Shown here piece by piece: positions 10,293-20,038 of a stretch of DNA of 64,000 nt. Each line of letters starts with the position of its first letter. Positions within the stretch are counted from its first letter, which is position 1. The stretch spans positions 256 through 64,255 of the IMG/VR virus record IMGVR_UViG_3300021185_003494; one strand, written 5' to 3'. Source of the DNA: a virus. The notes below the pieces were generated by a model that did no database searches, was not told where the DNA came from, and saw nothing but the letters and a program-made list of their open reading frames with translations. The position numbers were made by a program, and so were the translations under genes.

Positions 10293-11051
10293 ATGAAAAA
10301 CGGATTATTTACTTATGGCTGTAGTCATACTTATGGGTATGGGCTACCAGATACAAAACAAGAGGTAAGAGTACCCTTAGAAACTAATTTTAACAAAGAA
10401 ACTTTCCAAAATTTTGGCAGTACCTACAATTGGGGACAACATATAGCAAACAAATGGGACTTAGAATATTATAACTTCGGAGTAAGTGGAGCAAACAATA
10501 GAGAAATATTTCATTGGACAAATGAATGTGTAAAGCATAATATGATTCAAAAAACAGATAAGGTTATCTTTTTCTGGAATAATTTTGGATCTAGGTGGTC
10601 AATTTTTAAAGATCCTAGTGATCGATTTGAAAACCGCTTATTGGAAAATCAATACCCACAAGGCTTGCCGGCAATACGTATGTTTTTACATGATCCAAAG
10701 AAGACTTACGACAGATGGTTTGAAGTTTACCATTCATCATCAGAAGCAGAAGTAGCAAATTGGCATTACATACATTACACAAATCTTCTAATAGAAAAAA
10801 TAGGAATAACTCCTATTAATTTTTTTACAGAGCCTCCTTGGGTATATCCAAACAAAGAATTCAGGTATGAATCTGTTACTAAAAATTATTTTAGAGACCA
10901 ACTAAAATATGCATGCCCTATCTTATTTTTAGATAAAAATATTCCATTTTTAGATTATGCATCTGATAATAGTCATGCAGGAATGTCACAACATAAAAAA
11001 TGGGCAAAGCAGATGTTACAATGGTTAGATGAACAAGGATATGAATCGTAA
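10293..11051 (+). CDS. SGNH/GDSL-like hydrolase or acyltransferase
   Basis: TYGCSHTYG block I, NFGVSGANN block II, DNSHAG DxxH. Confidence 0.65.
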   Translation: MKNGLFTYGCSHTYGYGLPDTKQEVRVPLETNFNKETFQNFGSTYNWGQHIANKWDLEYYNFGVSGANNREIFHWTNECVKHNMIQKTDKVIFFWNNFGSRWSIFKDPSDRFENRLLENQYPQGLPAIRMFLHDPKKTYDRWFEVYHSSSEAEVANWHYIHYTNLLIEKIGITPINFFTEPPWVYPNKEFRYESVTKNYFRDQLKYACPILFLDKNIPFLDYASDNSHAGMSQHKKWAKQMLQWLDEQGYES

Positions 11052-11386
11052 TGGAATTTATTATTAAAGCTATATTGGGCGGACTAATCGTTGCAGGAGT
11101 TGTTACAGCAGCTCAGCGTGGCAATCCTACACTTGGTGCATTAATACTTGGCATACCGTTAGGTACAATTATTAGTTTAATTTTCATGTATTACAGTGGA
11201 GTTGAAATATCAGTATTTCAACAGTTGGCAAAAGAAACTATATATTTTGTTCTTGTTAGTTTGATATTTTTTCCTGTGTTTGTTTATGGTTTGTACTATT
11301 TTCATTTTTGGATATCGCTGGGTAGTGCAATCGCAGTTACAATGGCATGCTTATTATTACTAAAGTTTTACATTGAAAACTTATAA
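11051..11386 (+). CDS. Small membrane protein (about 4 TM)
   Basis: Four hydrophobic segments. Confidence 0.7.
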   Translation: MEFIIKAILGGLIVAGVVTAAQRGNPTLGALILGIPLGTIISLIFMYYSGVEISVFQQLAKETIYFVLVSLIFFPVFVYGLYYFHFWISLGSAIAVTMACLLLLKFYIENL

Positions 11387-11425
11387 CTAATTGACATTTT
11401 TAGTATTCTGTTGTATATTAAGTAT

Positions 11426-12877
11426 ATGAAATGTAAACTTATTATTAAAGATGAAGTAAACTGTAAGTTCGAAGGTATCGATCTCAATACTCGTAAAAAA
11501 ATGGAAAAAGAACTAAAGTTCTTTATGCCGTATGCCTATCATGTTCCTGCATACAAGCTAGGAAGATGGGATGGGTGTGTAAGCTATTTTAGTATTGGAG
11601 GCGCAACATATCTGAACCTGTTAGACCGTCTATTACCAATTATTGTAAATGAAAACTATCAAGTTGATATTTTAGATCAACGCAACGATTGGGATTTAAA
11701 ATTTCAGTTAGTTGACGAAACTACATTCCAGCATAAAGTATGGCCTGAAAAGCATCCGGTTGCAGGACAGCCTGTAACATTGCGTGACTATCAGATTGAA
11801 ATTGTAAACAAGTATTTAGAAACTCCACATTGTTTACAAGAAATTGCAACAGGTGCAGGAAAAACACTAATAACTGCTGCGCTTAGTGAGCGGGTGGAAA
11901 AGTATGGTAGGTCAATTGTAATTGTACCTAACAAAGATTTGGTTAGACAAACATTTGAGGACTATGAAAATTTAGGTCTCGATGTAGGAGTTTATTTTGG
12001 TGATAAAAAAGATATAGGAAAAACCCATACTATTTGTACCTGGCAAAGTTTAAACAGTATTAAGAAACGATTTAGAGATGGCCTTGATGAAATGTCTTTA
12101 CAAGACTTTGCAGAGGATGTAGTATGTGTAATAGTAGACGAAGTACACCAGGCCAAAGCAGATGTACTAAAAGATTTACTTACTAAAGAATTTAACCATA
12201 TACCATTACGTTGGGGATTAACTGGCACAATACCAAAAGCAGATCATGAATTTGTTAGCCTTCAAGCATGTCTAGGTGAAGTAGTAAATCGACTTAGTGC
12301 AAAAACATTGCAAGAAGAAGGGGTGTTAAGCCAATGCCACGTTAATGTAGTACAAATGAAAGAGATTACAGAATATAATAACTATCAAAGTGAGTTGTCA
12401 TACTTAACAACAAATAAACCCAGAATTGAGTATGTAAGCGAATTAATTAAAAAAATATCGCTTAGTGGAAATACACTTGTACTTGTAGACAGAATTAAAG
12501 GTGGGCAAATGATATGTGATAATATTCCAAATGCTCAGTTTGTTAGTGGGGAAATGAAAAGTATAGATCGAAAGGACGCATATGATGATATTAATGAAGG
12601 AACTAATCAAGTGGTTGTCGCAACCTACGGAGTGGCTGCCGTGGGTATTAACATTCCTCGTATTTTTAACTTGGTTCTCTTGGAGCCTGGCAAGTCCTTT
12701 GTAAGAGTAATACAGAGTATTGGTAGAGGAATACGTAAAGCAGAAGATAAAGACAGTGTAGAAATATGGGACATAACCAGCACTGCAAAATTTAGTAAAA
12801 AACATTTAACAGAACGGAAAAAGTTTTATAAAGAGGCAAATTATCCGTTTACTATAGAAAAGGTAGACTGGCAGTGA
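11426..12877 (+). CDS. uvsW: UvsW-like SF2 helicase
   Basis: IATGAGKT, IVDEVH, GLTGT, QSIGRGIR; TTGACA-17-TATATT at 11391-11419. Confidence 0.92.
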   Translation: MKCKLIIKDEVNCKFEGIDLNTRKKMEKELKFFMPYAYHVPAYKLGRWDGCVSYFSIGGATYLNLLDRLLPIIVNENYQVDILDQRNDWDLKFQLVDETTFQHKVWPEKHPVAGQPVTLRDYQIEIVNKYLETPHCLQEIATGAGKTLITAALSERVEKYGRSIVIVPNKDLVRQTFEDYENLGLDVGVYFGDKKDIGKTHTICTWQSLNSIKKRFRDGLDEMSLQDFAEDVVCVIVDEVHQAKADVLKDLLTKEFNHIPLRWGLTGTIPKADHEFVSLQACLGEVVNRLSAKTLQEEGVLSQCHVNVVQMKEITEYNNYQSELSYLTTNKPRIEYVSELIKKISLSGNTLVLVDRIKGGQMICDNIPNAQFVSGEMKSIDRKDAYDDINEGTNQVVVATYGVAAVGINIPRIFNLVLLEPGKSFVRVIQSIGRGIRKAEDKDSVEIWDITSTAKFSKKHLTERKKFYKEANYPFTIEKVDWQ

Positions 12878-13374
12878 AAATTTTAACAGTAGATAACGAA
12901 ACATATGATCTGGACGATATTCCAGAAACAATAGACGATTTAAGGTATGGGGTTTTAGATTATTCTAATCAACAAAATATTGATTATTATTTTATTCCAT
13001 TAGTATTTTTAGAAAGTTTTTATGCTCCAGCAGCAGTTTTAAAAATTGGAAATTATACTATTAATATGCCATTGGACTGGAGCATAGTTATATGTGATCC
13101 AATGGTGGGAGAACCAGAAGTACTTAGTTTAATGAGTCTAAATGATAGGGGATTTCATGCATTTGCATTTAATCCAATTACAGGATTTACTCCCCAATAC
13201 TTAGATGTAACTATTACAAATATTTTTACAGATGTAAAATGGTATGCTCCCAAATTAAAATTTGGACATTTGTTATGTGTTCCATTATCAGACGAACCAA
13301 ATGCTCCTTGTGCTATGTTTGTTAAGGAATCTAATAAACTTCCTGAAGTATTGGATATAAGTCAGTTATGGTAA
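12874..13374 (+). CDS. Conserved hypothetical phage protein
   Basis: GTGA-coupled to uvsW. Confidence 0.6.
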   Translation: MKILTVDNETYDLDDIPETIDDLRYGVLDYSNQQNIDYYFIPLVFLESFYAPAAVLKIGNYTINMPLDWSIVICDPMVGEPEVLSLMSLNDRGFHAFAFNPITGFTPQYLDVTITNIFTDVKWYAPKLKFGHLLCVPLSDEPNAPCAMFVKESNKLPEVLDISQLW

Positions 13375-13643
13375 AGTATTTTAAACGTGTATTTATTGCT
13401 TTTAGTATATTAGTTAATACGCTTCTTGGTGGAAAGAATAATCAAACATTTAGTGCAAGAAACTGGCAATTGAAGCGTGACAATAAACCAAATCTAGTGT
13501 ATATTATTGATATGGTATTTTTTTTAAAAACTAGTCATTGCCAGGATAGTTGGGCCAAATGGACTATTATTAATAATTCCATAACACAACACGACAAAAA
13601 GATGGGCTATGGGAGCCGAAGGGTAACATACTTTAATGAGTAA
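13368..13643 (+). CDS. Hypothetical protein
   Basis: Coupled ORF; NQTFSARNW...HCQDSW. Confidence 0.55.
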   Translation: MVKYFKRVFIAFSILVNTLLGGKNNQTFSARNWQLKRDNKPNLVYIIDMVFFLKTSHCQDSWAKWTIINNSITQHDKKMGYGSRRVTYFNE

Positions 13644-14091
13644 ACTGAATATCAAAGAGGAAATGCGAGCAATTGACACCAAGGATCGCCCTTGGTTTGA
13701 TAGTCTTACAGACGAGGAAAAAAAGAAATTAAGTCCTTGGCTACTTATGCGATATACTAGTAATTGTAATGACAAAATGTTTACAGAGCATTATTTAGAA
13801 TGGACAAATGAAGTTGTAAATGTGCATTTTAATAAGTTAAGAAAACATACACAGCTACAGTTTCAGCTATTGCAATTAGTTGGGCTAGGCAAGCCTGTAT
13901 TTCATGCTTGGATACAGCCAGGCAAAGCCCAAAAGAAAAATAAATTACAAGCATGGATAGCAGAAAACTATAATATGCTTAATGATGATGAAATAGATAT
14001 AATTGTATCCAATACAACCAAAGACGAATGGAAACAAAAATTTCTTGAGTATGGAATGGATGATAAGAAAATTAAAGAATTGTTAAAATAA
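13636..14091 (+). CDS. Putative clamp-loader small subunit (gp62-like)
   Basis: SPWLLMRYTS and FHAWI pattern resembles gp62; lies in the replication module. Confidence 0.45.
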   Translation: MSKLNIKEEMRAIDTKDRPWFDSLTDEEKKKLSPWLLMRYTSNCNDKMFTEHYLEWTNEVVNVHFNKLRKHTQLQFQLLQLVGLGKPVFHAWIQPGKAQKKNKLQAWIAENYNMLNDDEIDIIVSNTTKDEWKQKFLEYGMDDKKIKELLK

Positions 14092-14762
14092 TGTTTACTT
14101 GTGAATTTTGTAACAAGAGCTTTGTTAAAGAGTCTACACTTTTTGTACATAAGTGCGAAAAGAAACGTAGATTTATGCAACGTAATGAAAAACATGTACA
14201 ATTAGGATATAGATCATATCAGCTTTTTTATAAAATCAGTACAAATGCAAAGAAAGACAAAACATATGATGAGTTTTGTAAAAGCCAATACTATACTGCA
14301 TTTGTAAAATATGGAAATTATTGTGTTGACTTAAGAATAGACGATGTTCCATCCCTTACACAATTCTTACTCGATAACAGAATACGTGTAGATAGATGGA
14401 CAAGCGATAGAGAATATATAAAATGGGTAAAACATAGACAAAAAAATGAAAGTGTTGAAAGAGCAATAGAACGTAGTGTGATGTTCTTACAAGAATATTG
14501 CCAGGAACACAACGTACTATTTAATAGATACTTTGATGACGTTAGCGTTAACGTAATTATATTTCATATTACAAGTGGAAAATTAAGTCCATGGATTATA
14601 TTTGCAAGCCAAAAAGCACAGGCTTTATTAGATTGTATTAGTAGCGAGCATATAAAAATGATTTTAGATTTTGTAGATGTAGATTATTGGCAGAAAAAAA
14701 TAGAACTAAATCCTAGAGATTTTAACTGGGTAAGCGAATTAATGATGGAAGCAAACTTATGA
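14091..14762 (+). CDS. C2H2-type zinc-finger protein
   Basis: FTCEFCNKSFVKESTLFVHKC. Confidence 0.6.
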   Translation: MFTCEFCNKSFVKESTLFVHKCEKKRRFMQRNEKHVQLGYRSYQLFYKISTNAKKDKTYDEFCKSQYYTAFVKYGNYCVDLRIDDVPSLTQFLLDNRIRVDRWTSDREYIKWVKHRQKNESVERAIERSVMFLQEYCQEHNVLFNRYFDDVSVNVIIFHITSGKLSPWIIFASQKAQALLDCISSEHIKMILDFVDVDYWQKKIELNPRDFNWVSELMMEANL

Positions 14763-15343
14763 TTGTAAACACAGATATTGATATTGATATTGCAGATAGA
14801 AATAAACTATTGAATATTATTAAACATGTGCCTGCTACTATAGAAGAAAAAGGCAAATTTAAAAAACATAATACTGGTGTGTATTTTCATGACATACCAA
14901 CTAATCCATTTAATGGGTTAGCAACTATTGATCATAAAAAAGCAGAAGAGTTGGGATACTTTAAGATAGACGTATTAAATGTTAATTTATACAAACATAT
15001 AAAAGATAGAAAACATTTACAAGAGCTATTAAACACAGAGCCAATGTGGGAATTGCTAGAACACAAAGAAATAGTTGAACAGCTTTTCCATATACACAAA
15101 CACTTTGCAATTGTAAATAAGTTAAAACCCAGCAGTGTGATAGAGCTTGCAGAAGTTCTTGCAGTTATAAGGCCCGCTAAAAGGCATCTACTTAATGAAC
15201 ATAAAGATAAAATTGCAAAAGAGGTTTGGACAAAGCCGCAAGATGGTAGTTATTATTTTAAAAAAGCACATGCTATATCATATGCACATGCAATTGTCTT
15301 ACAGCTTAATTTATTAGCTAGTGGTTTTTCTTTACAAGATTAA
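14759..15343 (+). CDS. Miniature DNA polymerase III alpha (DnaE)-like protein
   Basis: DIDID, KHNTGVYF, GYFKIDVLN, LAVIRP and FKKAHAISYA match DnaE motifs in order. Confidence 0.7.
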   Translation: MIVNTDIDIDIADRNKLLNIIKHVPATIEEKGKFKKHNTGVYFHDIPTNPFNGLATIDHKKAEELGYFKIDVLNVNLYKHIKDRKHLQELLNTEPMWELLEHKEIVEQLFHIHKHFAIVNKLKPSSVIELAEVLAVIRPAKRHLLNEHKDKIAKEVWTKPQDGSYYFKKAHAISYAHAIVLQLNLLASGFSLQD

Positions 15344-15692
15344 TACTTCTTCTTTTAATACGTTTAGTAATACTATTACTTAATCGTACTTCAGGACCTG
15401 CAAGTATTTCTAATTGCTTAACATTGAAGCTTTGCACACAGTACTGAAAAGGCCATCTGTTTAGTAAAGCTATGTTAATAGGCAACTTTCTATTGGTTTC
15501 CCACCACCACTCTTCTCCCAATAATAAAAAATTTACTTTATCTTCAGTACTGGAAAGTTTGTCATAAATGTACATACTAGCGATTTGTGTATCGATATTC
15601 TGGACAATACCTAAGTATTCTCTATCTGCGTATTTAACGACAGTTAGAAATGGGTATTCTTCTAGTAGTTTTTCATAAGGTTGTATAATCAT
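15318..15692 (-). CDS. Conserved hypothetical protein
   Basis: Minus-strand ORF with ACTAAATA late-type motif at 15700-15707. Confidence 0.65.
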   Translation of the reverse strand: MIIQPYEKLLEEYPFLTVVKYADREYLGIVQNIDTQIASMYIYDKLSSTEDKVNFLLLGEEWWWETNRKLPINIALLNRWPFQYCVQSFNVKQLEILAGPEVRLSNSITKRIKRRSINLVKKNH

Positions 15693-15755
15693 TCAATAAT
15701 ATTTAGTTTAAAAAAATTTAGTGTTTTTCTGATAAATACTAATAGGAGAACGTAA

Positions 15756-16577
15756 ATGTCAAACTATGGTACAACATATAATATAAGTCAAACTGGCGAT
15801 CTATATACATTAGATAATTCTACAGTAAAATCAGGGTTAGCAAAGTATAAATCTTCTAGAGGAACTACAGTAAATAGCCCTCTAAATTATCGTTACTTAA
15901 AGCTATTTAGGGGCTACGATAATGAGTATTATTTTTTCGTAAAAAACCAAAGTAGAAAGCCTATTATGTTGCAGGGTATGACTATAAATGTATCATTAAT
16001 TGACAGAATGACACAATCAATCGTGGTTAGTAAAAAATGTATAATAGAAGACTTTGATGATGGAAAAATAAAAGTTGTATTGACTGCAAGTGAAACATCA
16101 CATCTTTCCCAACAGCTTATGGATTTAGTGTTTACATACACAAATAACCTAGGGCTAACAATGCCTCTATTTTGTGATTTAAATATGAGACCAAACTATA
16201 CAATTGAAGTAAATGAGGATGCCATACCAAGTATTATGCAAACTGCAAATACAACTACATTCTTAGAAAATAATGGACTATACTATAGTGACAGGTTACC
16301 AGGACCAGGATATTTTGATAAAAGAAACAGTATGGTTACTATTGCAGTATATGCAACAGCATACAATGGCAACTTTTACATTGAAGGCACACTTAGCGAC
16401 AGTCCGCAAGAATCAGATTGGTTCAATATTATATTAGGTACATATACACAAGAGTACTTTCCATACGAAAACTTCACAGGCGTTGATCCTTGGACCTTCC
16501 GCACAAACATAAAATACCTTAGAGCTAAATTTACACAAGAATCAGGAACACTTGACAAAGTAGTAATTAGAGTGTAA
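15756..16577 (+). CDS. Putative virion structural (tail/baseplate-type) protein
   Basis: GATAAATA (15731-15738), AGGAG SD, beta-rich sequence. Confidence 0.45.
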   Translation: MSNYGTTYNISQTGDLYTLDNSTVKSGLAKYKSSRGTTVNSPLNYRYLKLFRGYDNEYYFFVKNQSRKPIMLQGMTINVSLIDRMTQSIVVSKKCIIEDFDDGKIKVVLTASETSHLSQQLMDLVFTYTNNLGLTMPLFCDLNMRPNYTIEVNEDAIPSIMQTANTTTFLENNGLYYSDRLPGPGYFDKRNSMVTIAVYATAYNGNFYIEGTLSDSPQESDWFNIILGTYTQEYFPYENFTGVDPWTFRTNIKYLRAKFTQESGTLDKVVIRV

Positions 16578-16586
16578 TATAAACAC

Positions 16587-17597
16587 ATGACTATAGTGTT
16601 GGATTACATTAAAACTCTGATTCCTGTTAATTGGAAATCGTCTCCTAGTGGATGGACTAGTGGTAATTGTCCTATGTGTATACAAAATGGCCAATCTCGT
16701 CCAGATACAAAAGGCAGAGGCGGCTTCTTTTTTGAGGAAGAAAAATTCCAATATAATTGTTTTAACTGTAATTATAAAACAGGTTTTAATGATGGCGGTA
16801 AGATAAATGGTAGACTAGAAAAGTTAATGCGTACTTTGGGAGCGCCAGAGAACGAAATACAAAAACTGAAAATTGAGCTATTACGAGAATCAGATGTAGC
16901 AGAGTTATTAATAAGAAAAGAACAAAAACAAGCACTAGTCATTGATTGGGAAGAAGTATCATTACCAGAAAACACAAAACCATTTGCAGAGTATGACACA
17001 CCACAAGAAAAATTTGTAGAGGCTGCAACATACTTACATGAACGTGGGTTTAATCCTATGGACAAAAGATTTATGTATAGTACTACAAAAGCACATGGTA
17101 GGATGAGTAATAGAATAGTAATACCATTTAAATATAAAAACAAAGTTGTTGGTTATACTGCAAGGTGGATAGGTACTCCTCCTAAAAATATGCCAAAATA
17201 TTATAACAAACAACCTAAAAAAGATTTTGTATATGGACTAGATAGCCAAACACCAGATAAAAAAATTGTTATCGTGACTGAAGGACAGTTAGATTCAATA
17301 ATTACAGATGGCGTTGCAATTGGTAGTAATAACTGTAATGTAGATCAAGCTAATATCATTGACAATCTCAATAAGCGTGTTATTGTATTACCAGATGCTG
17401 ATGAATCGGGTCAAAGATTAGTAAATGCAGCTATTAAATATGGTTGGGAAGTAAGTTTTCCTGAGTGGCAAGATTGTAAAGATGCTGGAGATGCACAAAT
17501 AAAATATGGGAGACTTTTTACAGTGAAAAGTATTATAGATAGTGCTATTAAAAATAGCACAAAAATTAAAATTATTTCTAAAGGATATTGTACATGA
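16587..17597 (+). CDS. DNA primase (gp61/DnaG-like)
   Basis: CPMC...YNCFNC zinc finger, TOPRIM VTEGQLD and PDAD. Confidence 0.9.
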   Translation: MTIVLDYIKTLIPVNWKSSPSGWTSGNCPMCIQNGQSRPDTKGRGGFFFEEEKFQYNCFNCNYKTGFNDGGKINGRLEKLMRTLGAPENEIQKLKIELLRESDVAELLIRKEQKQALVIDWEEVSLPENTKPFAEYDTPQEKFVEAATYLHERGFNPMDKRFMYSTTKAHGRMSNRIVIPFKYKNKVVGYTARWIGTPPKNMPKYYNKQPKKDFVYGLDSQTPDKKIVIVTEGQLDSIITDGVAIGSNNCNVDQANIIDNLNKRVIVLPDADESGQRLVNAAIKYGWEVSFPEWQDCKDAGDAQIKYGRLFTVKSIIDSAIKNSTKIKIISKGYCT

Positions 17598-18370
17598 CTA
17601 AAAGAGTACTAGTGATAGGTACTAGTCATTCAGTAGGAGTATGCGGTGAAAGAATACTTCCAAAAGGAAGACGCTGGCATGATCATATAAAAACAAATTA
17701 TGATGCAGAAGTGGTAAGTTTAAAATTTCCTGGCTGTACATCATTAGGACAGTTTTTTGCATTGTCGTCTTATTTTTATGATAATCCGGATCAATATTTT
17801 GATTTGTGTATAATTGAAGGCAGACACAAAGAATATACAGTTGACAGTGCTATGGAAGAAGTTGCCTTCATAGATCCTAAAGATGAACATTTTACATGGG
17901 CTCGTGAAAATTATGATCATTGGTTAGACGAAGATCAACGGTTGGCGATAAATCCAATGCGTAATAGGCATCGTAGTAGAACTGTTAGTACGTCTCTTTT
18001 AAAAAAACTAGATAAGCCAACAAGACGATTGTATGAGGACTATATGTCAGTATATTTTGAAAGCTCACTACAAAATATGCACAGCATATCTCACAATTTT
18101 TCAATATGTGCATTAGCAAAACAAAGATGCGAGACAGTTAAATGGTTTTCTTGGCCCAGTCACACAGTTGACGACTTGGATTTTTATAATTTAATGCAAG
18201 AAGTATTGTATCCTTATCTTATGATGTCGTTGTATCCAACTATTACAAAGAATGTGCCTCAACATTATAAATGTGAATGCGGGCATTTAAATGAACATGG
18301 CAATAGGCATATATTTAAAATATTAAAGCCAGAGATAGATAAAATTTTAGAGGAAAAAGATGGACAGTAG
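17594..18370 (+). CDS. SGNH-like protein inserted between primase and helicase
   Basis: LVIGTSHSVG block I; CGHLNEHG near the C-terminus. Confidence 0.5.
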   Translation: MTKRVLVIGTSHSVGVCGERILPKGRRWHDHIKTNYDAEVVSLKFPGCTSLGQFFALSSYFYDNPDQYFDLCIIEGRHKEYTVDSAMEEVAFIDPKDEHFTWARENYDHWLDEDQRLAINPMRNRHRSRTVSTSLLKKLDKPTRRLYEDYMSVYFESSLQNMHSISHNFSICALAKQRCETVKWFSWPSHTVDDLDFYNLMQEVLYPYLMMSLYPTITKNVPQHYKCECGHLNEHGNRHIFKILKPEIDKILEEKDGQ

Positions 18371-19757
18371 AGAATATAATATTGAATTGCAACAACTCTT
18401 TGTAGAGTTTTTAGCACAAGATCAAGACTTATTTGTAAGGGTTAACAATATTACAGATAGTAACTACTTTGACAGGACATTAAAATCTACTGTTGAATTT
18501 ATTAGAGAGCATGTATCAGAATATGGTGCTCAGCCAACTCCACAGCAAGTGAAAGCAAAGACTGGCGTAGAGCTAAACGGACTTGGAGATAAAATTGATC
18601 ATCGACATAAAGAATGGTTTGTGGATGAATATGAAAACTTTTGTAAACATAAAGCATTAGAATCAGCGATCCTAAAAAGTGCTGATTTACTTGAAAAAGG
18701 TGAATATGGTACAGTAGATAAGATTATTAAAGAAGCAGTACAAATTGGACTTGCCAAGCATATGGGTACAGACTATTGGGAAAGTCCTGCAGAACGTATT
18801 GAACGTGTTCGTAATAGTAGAGGCGGCACAAGTACTGGTTGGAAAGATATTGACAATAAACTATATGGCGGTGTGAATAGAGGAGAACTAAACATATTTG
18901 CGGCGGCATCGGGCGGCGGTAAAAGTTTGTTTTTGCAAAACTTAGCATTGAACTGGGCATTAGAAGGACATAATGTATTATATGTTAGTTTAGAGCTTAG
19001 TGAAGAACTATGTAGTATGCGACTTGATAGTATGATTACAGGTATGAATACCAAGGATGTATTTAAAAATGTTGATGATGTAGATCTAAAAGTACGTATG
19101 GCTGGCAAAAAAGCTGGCGCAATACGCATTGTACAATTAAAAAATGGCATCACAGTAAATGATTTAACAAGCTATTTGCGTGAGCTAGAAGTACAAACAG
19201 ACAAAAAGTTTGATGCTATTTGTGTAGACTATTTAGACTTAATGATGCCTGCTGGTGTTAAAGTTAATGTAAGTGATATGTTTGTAAAAGACAAATATGT
19301 ATCAGAAGAATTACGAAACTTTGCAGTAGAGAATAATTTGCTATTTGCAACTGCATCGCAGTTGAATCGTGGCGCAGTTGAAGAAGTAGAATTTGATCAC
19401 AGCCATATTGCTGGCGGGTTAAGTAAAATCCAAACAGCAGATAATGTTATTGGTATCTTTACAAGTCAAGCAATGCGTGAGCGTGGAAGATATCAAGTAC
19501 AGTTTATGAAGACACGTAGCAGTAGTGGTGTTGGACAAAAAGTAGATTTAAAATTTGATATTGGCGGATTACGTATCACTGATCTAGAAGATGATGATGA
19601 TCAAGAGCCAATCAATCAAACTTCTGCAATGTTTGATAAACTTAAACAAAGAAGCCAAGTAACTACACAAGAAAAGTCAGTGGCAGAAAATAGTATTGTA
19701 GAAAATACTATGGCAGGACATGACAAGTTACGAAGTTTGCTTAAAAAAACTAATTAA
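18360..19757 (+). CDS. Replicative DnaB-like helicase (gp41-like)
   Basis: AASGGGKS, SLELSEE, VDYLDLM, ASQLNR, KTR. Confidence 0.93.
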   Translation: MDSREYNIELQQLFVEFLAQDQDLFVRVNNITDSNYFDRTLKSTVEFIREHVSEYGAQPTPQQVKAKTGVELNGLGDKIDHRHKEWFVDEYENFCKHKALESAILKSADLLEKGEYGTVDKIIKEAVQIGLAKHMGTDYWESPAERIERVRNSRGGTSTGWKDIDNKLYGGVNRGELNIFAAASGGGKSLFLQNLALNWALEGHNVLYVSLELSEELCSMRLDSMITGMNTKDVFKNVDDVDLKVRMAGKKAGAIRIVQLKNGITVNDLTSYLRELEVQTDKKFDAICVDYLDLMMPAGVKVNVSDMFVKDKYVSEELRNFAVENNLLFATASQLNRGAVEEVEFDHSHIAGGLSKIQTADNVIGIFTSQAMRERGRYQVQFMKTRSSSGVGQKVDLKFDIGGLRITDLEDDDDQEPINQTSAMFDKLKQRSQVTTQEKSVAENSIVENTMAGHDKLRSLLKKTN

Positions 19758-19789
19758 ATTGCATAAATACTACTATATGGAGATTTATC

Positions 19790-20038
19790 ATGTCTAAACG
19801 TACACGATCATTGTTGCAAGAAATTAATGATTTAGCACCAAAAAAAGATAAAATAAATATTTTAGAAAGCAGGGGCAATAATGCTCTGTCTGCTATTATT
19901 AATGTTTTAGAAATGATTGATGAATCTTACGATCAAAACACAGCCCAAGATCTGCAAAAAAGAATTATGCTATGTGTCAAAAATAGAGATATAGAAAGAT
20001 TTAATAGAGGCATCAAGCAACTAAGGAAGCCTTCATGA
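19790..20038 (+). CDS. Hypothetical late protein
   Basis: CATAAATA (19762-19769) and GGAG SD. Confidence 0.6.
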   Translation: MSKRTRSLLQEINDLAPKKDKINILESRGNNALSAIINVLEMIDESYDQNTAQDLQKRIMLCVKNRDIERFNRGIKQLRKPS

